A DNA stretch of 64,000 nt from Bacilli bacterium. Its GTDB lineage: Bacteria > Bacillota_I > Bacilli_A > RF39 > UBA660. A program made the translations under genes and the position numbers. The stretch spans positions 22,745 through 86,744 of the forward strand of contig JAFRQT010000057.1 in NCBI GenBank assembly GCA_017428485.1, given 5' to 3'. The notes under the pieces are model-generated. The model ran no database searches. It saw only the letters and a list, made by a program, of their open reading frames with translations, and had not been told where the DNA came from. This document shows, one piece after another, positions 58,377-64,000 of this stretch (its first letter is position 1; each line of letters opens with the position of its first letter).

Positions 58377-59108
58377 TTATTTATTATCACTAACCATTTT
58401 CTTTTTAAACACTATAATTGATATTATTAATACAACTATTGTATACATAGAAAACACAATAATGTTTCTTAAAGATATAATACTTAAATTGTTATTAAGT
58501 ATTCCTTTAATTATATTAAGTGAACTTTCAAATGGTAATATTTCACATATTTTTGCAAATCCTTTTCCTACTAAATCTTTTGAAAAATACATACCACTTG
58601 TAAAACATACTAACTGAACTATTACACTACCTACACCACCAGATGCTTTTTCACTAACTATACTTCCAATTAATATACCAAGTGAAATAAATAATATAGA
58701 TACTACTAATGATATTAAAATAGTAAATAGAATATTTATACTAAATTTAAGCCCTAATAATATTGCAACTATAAAGAATAAAACATCTTGAACAAGTATA
58801 ATTGGAACCAATGATAAAATATATCCAAGAATATAATCACTAGATTTCATTGGAGATGTTCCAAGCCTTATCAATAGTGAAGTACCCCTATCTTTTGCTA
58901 CTAAAGTTGAAGTAAATAATGTTATAAATGAGAAACCAAATAATATAATTCCTGGAGTAAAGTTTTCTAATTTATATGCTTCTTCTGGTATATTAAATTG
59001 TTGAAATATGAATAATAGAAATATTGGTAATGCTATTTCAAATATTAAACTAAGTGGATCCCTAACAAGCTCTTTAAAATTTCTTTTGGCAAAATTTAAC
59101 ATTCTCAT
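58377..59108 (-). CDS. ABC-2 type transporter permease
   Basis: 243 aa with 6 TM helices. It lies immediately downstream of, and overlaps, the ATPase gene. Confidence 0.75.
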   Translation of the reverse strand: MRMLNFAKRNFKELVRDPLSLIFEIALPIFLLFIFQQFNIPEEAYKLENFTPGIILFGFSFITLFTSTLVAKDRGTSLLIRLGTSPMKSSDYILGYILSLVPIILVQDVLFFIVAILLGLKFSINILFTILISLVVSILFISLGILIGSIVSEKASGGVGSVIVQLVCFTSGMYFSKDLVGKGFAKICEILPFESSLNIIKGILNNNLSIISLRNIIVFSMYTIVVLIISIIVFKKKMVSDNK

Positions 59109-59830
59109 TATAATTCACCCCCAGTAGCAATACTAACGAATGCATCTTCAAAATTCTTTGCTTTAGTTTTCTTTATTAATTCTTTAGATGTTCCAATATC
59201 TACTAATTTTCCATTCACCATAATGCCTATTCTATCTGATAAGTTTTCAGCTTCTTCCATATAATGAGTTGTTAAAATAATAGTAATTTTACCTTTTAAA
59301 GAAGTAATTATTTTCCATAAATCTTTTCTAGCAATAACATCTAGTCCAAGAGTTGGTTCATCTAAAAATAATATTTTAGGATCATTTATTAAACTAATTG
59401 CAATAGATACTTTTCTTTGCCATCCTCCAGATAATGTTTTTGCTTTTTTATTTAGTACATCTTCTAATTTAAATAATTTAATTAATTCATTTATTTTTTT
59501 ATCTTTATCTTTTATTTGATAAACGCCAGCCATAAATTCTAAGTTTTCTTTGACACTTAGGTTTGGCGCTATAGCAGTTTCTTGAGGAGACACATTTAAT
59601 ATTTCTTTTATCTTAAATACATCTTTATTCATATCCATATTTTCTATTTTAATATCACCATCTGTTGGTAATATTAGTCCAGATAACATTTTTATTGTAG
59701 TAGTTTTACCTGCTCCATTAACACCTAATAAAGCAAATAATTCTCCTTCTTTAATTTCTAAATTAATACTATTAACTGCTAATTTATCTTTATATTTTTT
59801 AGTTAAGTTTTTTACTTCAATTGCATTCAT
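59108..59830 (-). CDS. ABC transporter ATP-binding protein
   Basis: Walker A GVNGAGKTT, signature LSGGWQRK, and Walker B LFLDEPT. Confidence 0.92.
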   Translation of the reverse strand: MNAIEVKNLTKKYKDKLAVNSINLEIKEGELFALLGVNGAGKTTTIKMLSGLILPTDGDIKIENMDMNKDVFKIKEILNVSPQETAIAPNLSVKENLEFMAGVYQIKDKDKKINELIKLFKLEDVLNKKAKTLSGGWQRKVSIAISLINDPKILFLDEPTLGLDVIARKDLWKIITSLKGKITIILTTHYMEEAENLSDRIGIMVNGKLVDIGTSKELIKKTKAKNFEDAFVSIATGGEL

Positions 59831-59841
59831 ATAATTTCCTC

Positions 59842-61302
59842 CTAAGTGTTATTGGCAACATAAGTTATACCTATCATAATTATAATAGTTATAACTATTA
59901 AAATAAATACTAAAATATGCTTTTTCTTTTCAGAATATAATGTACCAATAAATTCTCTAATAAAAGCATTAATCCAGAAATATGCTTTAGTTTTAGATCC
60001 AATACCGTCTAATATTAGTCCTTGTTCAGTTGCAATTAATCCAGCTCTTAAAACATGATAATTGGTTGTTGAAAATACTATGTTTGCATTTTTCTTTTTA
60101 ATAAGTTCATATGAATATTTAATGTTTTCATAAGTATTTTTAGATCTAGAATCAATTAAAATATTATTTTCATCTATTCCTTGTTCTAATAAATACTTTT
60201 TCATAGCTTCTGCTTCTGAAATAATTTCATCATTTCCTTTTCCACCGGATGGTATAAATACTAAATCTTTACCAGTTTCTTTTAATTGTTTATTTCTAAA
60301 TTCAATTGCTTTATCAACTCTACCTTTAAGAAGTGGTGTTAATGTTCCATCTTTCTTAATTTGACATCCTAAAATAATAATATAGTCTTTATTATATTCA
60401 ATTTTCTTTCTTACAGATTTAATTGCAACAACAATTGTTCCAATAAGTATACATTCTAAATAAGCAATATTTAAATAAATTAGTGTTTCAACAAAACTGT
60501 ATATATATGGTCCTGGTCCATTTAAATTGTAAATATCAATTTTTTGTGATTTCATTAAAATACCATATACCCAATCAGGTAATAATGTAGAAATACAAAT
60601 AAATATTCCTAAAAATAATCCTAAAATATTTCTTAATGATAAACCTTCTTTTCTAATTAAATTTATATTACTTATGGTTACAAGAATAAATGTGATTACT
60701 GCCACAGGAAATAAAATAATAGATACAAAAGACAAAGACCCAATAGTATTTCCTATAGTATCAAATAATCCATGGTAATTAAATATTGAAATAATATTAT
60801 TTAAAGTGAAGAATGAAATAAATATGATAATACCCAAATATGCAATGTTTCTATATTGATAAATGTTTTCTCTTTTACTTTTTCTATATTCTTTTATTAA
60901 AATATATAATATATATAATAATACTAATGATAATGAAATGGGTATTATTTCAGAACATGTTGATGCACCAAAATAATTATTATCAGTAATAATCATACTT
61001 TTATGAACATAAAGCATTTTTTCTTCTCTATAATCTCCATGATTAAGACTGACTGATACTTTTCCTGGCTTTTTTGATTTTAATTTTACTATATATTCAT
61101 TACCAACTATTTTTTTACTTAATATAATTACTTCACCAGGACCACTATCTATTGTAAATTCTTGTATGTTTTTATTTCCAACAACAAATTTTACATTATA
61201 TGTTCTTCCAAATAATAAAATAATAATAGTTGATATAATGATTAATAATAAAGACAATATGCAAACTCTAGTAATGTTTTTTTTCACACTTATCATCCTC
61301 AC
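59842..61302 (-). CDS. polytopic membrane protein with a C-terminal DUF218 (YdcF/ElyC-like) domain
   Basis: 486 aa. The C-terminal segment IIILGCQIKKDGTL...IPSGGKG..ISEAEAMKKYL...SKNTYENI is typical of DUF218. Confidence 0.7.
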   Translation of the reverse strand: MRMISVKKNITRVCILSLLLIIISTIIILLFGRTYNVKFVVGNKNIQEFTIDSGPGEVIILSKKIVGNEYIVKLKSKKPGKVSVSLNHGDYREEKMLYVHKSMIITDNNYFGASTCSEIIPISLSLVLLYILYILIKEYRKSKRENIYQYRNIAYLGIIIFISFFTLNNIISIFNYHGLFDTIGNTIGSLSFVSIILFPVAVITFILVTISNINLIRKEGLSLRNILGLFLGIFICISTLLPDWVYGILMKSQKIDIYNLNGPGPYIYSFVETLIYLNIAYLECILIGTIVVAIKSVRKKIEYNKDYIIILGCQIKKDGTLTPLLKGRVDKAIEFRNKQLKETGKDLVFIPSGGKGNDEIISEAEAMKKYLLEQGIDENNILIDSRSKNTYENIKYSYELIKKKNANIVFSTTNYHVLRAGLIATEQGLILDGIGSKTKAYFWINAFIREFIGTLYSEKKKHILVFILIVITIIIMIGITYVANNT

Positions 61303-61353
61303 TAAATAGTATTATATCATAAAAAAAGGCAAATTAATTATTTGCCTTTTCTT

Positions 61354-61971
61354 TTATCTTATAAAATTAGTTCTTTCTATTTTATCAGTTTTGGGTAACC
61401 CATATTTATCTTTACCTAGATTAATTGATTTTATTAAGAATGCCATATTTTTACCTAAGTTTCTCATTGTTTGAAGTCCTTCTATATCTTTTTCAGTATC
61501 TTCTTTCACTCTACCATGTATTTCATTCCAATAACTACTTGTTGCAATAGGCATATTAGATATTCCAAAATATTTATATATTTCATCTAATGCATTAGTA
61601 GAACCAGCTCTTCTTGAAGATATTACTGCCGCTCCTACTTTCATACTTTTTTTGATATAACTGCTATTAAATAATCTATCTAAAAATGATTTTAAAGATC
61701 CATTCATACCAGAATAATATACTGGGGTACCAATTAATATTCCATCACTTTCTTCAAATAGTTTTGATGCTTCATTAACAATATCATTAAATACACATTT
61801 ATGATTTTCTTTACAATAATTGCATGCAATACATCCTCTAACCTCTTTAGAACCCACATTTAAGGTAATAGTTTCTATTTTCTCATTATTAAGTTCTTTT
61901 TCTACCTCTTTTAATGCTGTAGAAGTGCAACCATCAATATGTGGACTTCCATTAATTATTAAAACTTTCAT
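61354..61971 (-). CDS. flavodoxin-like NAD(P)H-dependent FMN reductase family protein
   Basis: N-terminus MKVLIINGSPH, a Cys cluster CIACNYCKENHKC, and GTPVYYSGMNG. Confidence 0.65.
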   Translation of the reverse strand: MKVLIINGSPHIDGCTSTALKEVEKELNNEKIETITLNVGSKEVRGCIACNYCKENHKCVFNDIVNEASKLFEESDGILIGTPVYYSGMNGSLKSFLDRLFNSSYIKKSMKVGAAVISSRRAGSTNALDEIYKYFGISNMPIATSSYWNEIHGRVKEDTEKDIEGLQTMRNLGKNMAFLIKSINLGKDKYGLPKTDKIERTNFIR

Positions 61972-61973
61972 AA

Positions 61974-63551
61974 TTACTCCTTATTTAAAAAATCATCTTT
62001 AATATTCATTTTTTCATCTTTGAATATTCTTTCATCCATTAATTTCAAATTCTTAGAAATAATTGGTTTAAATTCCATATGAGCTAATATGTCTTTTTCT
62101 AAATCTATTCCTGGTGCAATTTCAATTAATTCTACTCCATCTTTAATTAATTTAAATACACATCTTTCTGTAACATATAATATTTCTTGATTATTTTTAA
62201 TAGCTTGCTCTGCTGAGAATGTTATTTGTTGGACTTTATCTACAAACTTCATTTTTTCTCCATCATGTTTTATTACTAACTTACCATCTTTAATTTCTTC
62301 TTCTAAATTACTTGCTGTAAACGTTCCCATAAATATCATTTTATGAGTACTTTGAGTAATATTAATAAATCCACCTGGTCCAGTAACTCTTGTGCCGAAC
62401 TTAGAAACATTTACATTACCATGTTTATCAACTTCAGCAAGACCAACAATTCCCATATTTAAAGAACCACCATTATATGCATCAAATTGTTCAGCTGTTG
62501 ATATTATAGAATCTGGATTTACTGAAGCTCCAAATACAACTCCTCCAATTGGAACTCCACCAGTTGGACCGGATTCAACAGAAAGATATATATGATCAGA
62601 TATTCCCTCTTCTGCTGCTACATTTGCAACACTATCAGGCATTCCAACTCCTAAGTTAATTACAAAGCCTTTATGTAATTCCATAGCACTTCTTCTTCCA
62701 CATATTTTTCTTTCATCTAATGGTCTAATTTTAATATCTTCTAATTTGATTCTTTTATCACCAGTTATTTCTGGTCTATAGAATGGAATATTATATTCAC
62801 CTAAAGATTCATCAGGTTTATTAACAACAACATAGTCAACATAAGAAGAATGTATTAATACATTTCTTGCTTTAAATGAATTTTTAGGTTTTATGTCCTT
62901 TACTTCAACTATAACAATCCCACCACTATTATGAGTCGCTATTGCCATGTTATATTGTTCACCAATAACACCTTCTTCTTCTAATGAAATATTTCCATTT
63001 TCATCGGAATAAGATGCTTTTATTAATGCCACATTAATTGGGAAAGAATGATAGAATAAATTTTCCTTTCCACCAATGTTAACAACTTCAACTATTGGAT
63101 CTAATTCTTTTGCTTTTTCATTAGCGCAGCATCCCTCTACCCTAGGATCAGCAAAAGTACCTAAACCAATATGAGTTATTAATCCTACTTCATGGCCAGC
63201 AATTGCTCTATACAAGTGATTAATTACTCCTAAAGGTACAGCAAATGCAGGAAATTGATTACTTCCAATTGCGTTACCAAAGACTCTACCCATTCCTAAA
63301 TGGGCACAAATTGCTCTTCCTACAAGGCCTTCTTTAGCAAGCATATTCATACCAACATCATCATTTGTTAAATTACCTGGAGAAATTCCACATGTAACAC
63401 CAATATTGCAGGGATGCCTAGTTTCTAAGAAAGAATCCATAACACTTCTAATTAAAGCTTCAGGACTACCTGAACCACCAGATCCAGATATTGCCACCAT
63501 ATCTCCATCTTTAATTAAAGAAGCAACTTCCTTTTTATCAATAATTTTCAT
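61974..63551 (-). CDS. family I acyl-CoA:acetate/3-ketoacid CoA-transferase (fused alpha-beta)
   Basis: 525 aa with an SDENG motif in the N-terminal half and VESGPTGG (EXG) in the C-terminal half. Confidence 0.75.
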   Translation of the reverse strand: MKIIDKKEVASLIKDGDMVAISGSGGSGSPEALIRSVMDSFLETRHPCNIGVTCGISPGNLTNDDVGMNMLAKEGLVGRAICAHLGMGRVFGNAIGSNQFPAFAVPLGVINHLYRAIAGHEVGLITHIGLGTFADPRVEGCCANEKAKELDPIVEVVNIGGKENLFYHSFPINVALIKASYSDENGNISLEEEGVIGEQYNMAIATHNSGGIVIVEVKDIKPKNSFKARNVLIHSSYVDYVVVNKPDESLGEYNIPFYRPEITGDKRIKLEDIKIRPLDERKICGRRSAMELHKGFVINLGVGMPDSVANVAAEEGISDHIYLSVESGPTGGVPIGGVVFGASVNPDSIISTAEQFDAYNGGSLNMGIVGLAEVDKHGNVNVSKFGTRVTGPGGFINITQSTHKMIFMGTFTASNLEEEIKDGKLVIKHDGEKMKFVDKVQQITFSAEQAIKNNQEILYVTERCVFKLIKDGVELIEIAPGIDLEKDILAHMEFKPIISKNLKLMDERIFKDEKMNIKDDFLNKE

Positions 63552-63614
63552 TCTATCACCTATAATTAATATACCATAAAAAAAGAAATGTTTGAAACAT
63601 TTCTTTATTTTAAA

Positions 63615-64000
63615 TTATTTTTTCTTTAAAAGAGTTTTTTCCATTATCATTTTAACAATAACTGATACTAATATTGTTATTATGATACATGGAATATAAA
63701 TTTGCCAGAAAGTATATGGTGTTGATTCAGTATTTTTTCCTAATATAGTTAATACTAGAATTGCAAGTGGATAATGTAGCATATAAATATATAGTGATAG
63801 ACCACCTAAGTATCCTAATGCTTTGTTAGTAAGATCATTATTTAATAGTCTAGTTAATCCATCTTTATTTAGTAAAGATAATCCTACTACCATAATACAT
63901 AAGAATGCAACTGGCCATCTTTCTAATGCAAACCAAGTTGGTTGATAAATTATATACCATCCTAGTAAAACTGTAACTAATACATTTAGAACAGTTAAAC
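63615..64000 (-). CDS. acyltransferase-3 family membrane protein (C-terminal part; N-terminus beyond window end)
   Basis: Manual check shows the minus frame of the 63615..63893 ORF stays open up to position 64000 (..LLGWYIIYQPTWFALERWPVAFLCIMVVGL..). The segment GGLSLYIYMLHYPL is typical of the family. Confidence 0.55.
   Translation of the reverse strand, partial: LTVLNVLVTVLLGWYIIYQPTWFALERWPVAFLCIMVVGLSLLNKDGLTRLLNNDLTNKALGYLGGLSLYIYMLHYPLAILVLTILGKNTESTPYTFWQIYIPCIIITILVSVIVKMIMEKTLLKKK

Noticed and set aside
1-64000. The very low GC content raised the question of a Mollicutes-type genetic code (UGA=Trp).
   Set aside because: Conserved proteins (EF-Tu, EF-G, FtsK, Der) read through completely with the standard code. 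Trp is encoded by TGG, and TGA is not needed in-frame.

Overview
This is a very AT-rich, standard-code window from a low-GC, spore-forming Bacillota genome. EzrA, HelD, MurT/GatD and a minimal spoVAC-D-E operon suggest a Bacilli/Erysipelotrichia-like lineage, but taxon is a guess. Most of it is densely packed core chromosome, mainly on the minus strand. Recognisable genes include scpAB, spoVAC/D/E, tRNA-Glu, murT-gatD, psd-pssA, the str operon (rpsL-rpsG-fusA-tuf), tlyA, der, pdp, ssb, a SufS-like desulfurase, a HIT protein, deoD, ftsK, ezrA and helD. There are also two pairs of M16 peptidases, an ABC exporter and CoA-transferase/3-hydroxyacyl-CoA dehydrogenase genes. Accessory-looking parts are: (i) a 5-gene vWA/XpaC/SBP/TelA/AAA+ operon; (ii) two large Ig-like/MBG surface proteins with NPxTG-type anchors, plus a truncated third copy, directly downstream of tuf; (iii) a left-edge islet of small acidic DUF1292-like proteins. 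The most interesting signal is absent from the ORF track because the ORFs are under 60 aa. Three copies of a ~300-bp module (tandem at 9371-10068, single at 50232-50502) each encode a 27-aa hydrophobic peptide. Each ORF sits behind a near-consensus promoter and a strong SD. Each module also has a convergent minus-strand promoter and a terminator hairpin that together predict a ~70-nt antisense RNA over the mRNA 3' region. The mRNA 5' end is complementary to its own 3' region over 22 nt. I read these as candidate type I toxin-antitoxin loci of a family I do not recognise. All calls come from reading the sequence and translations; no database search or folding was run.
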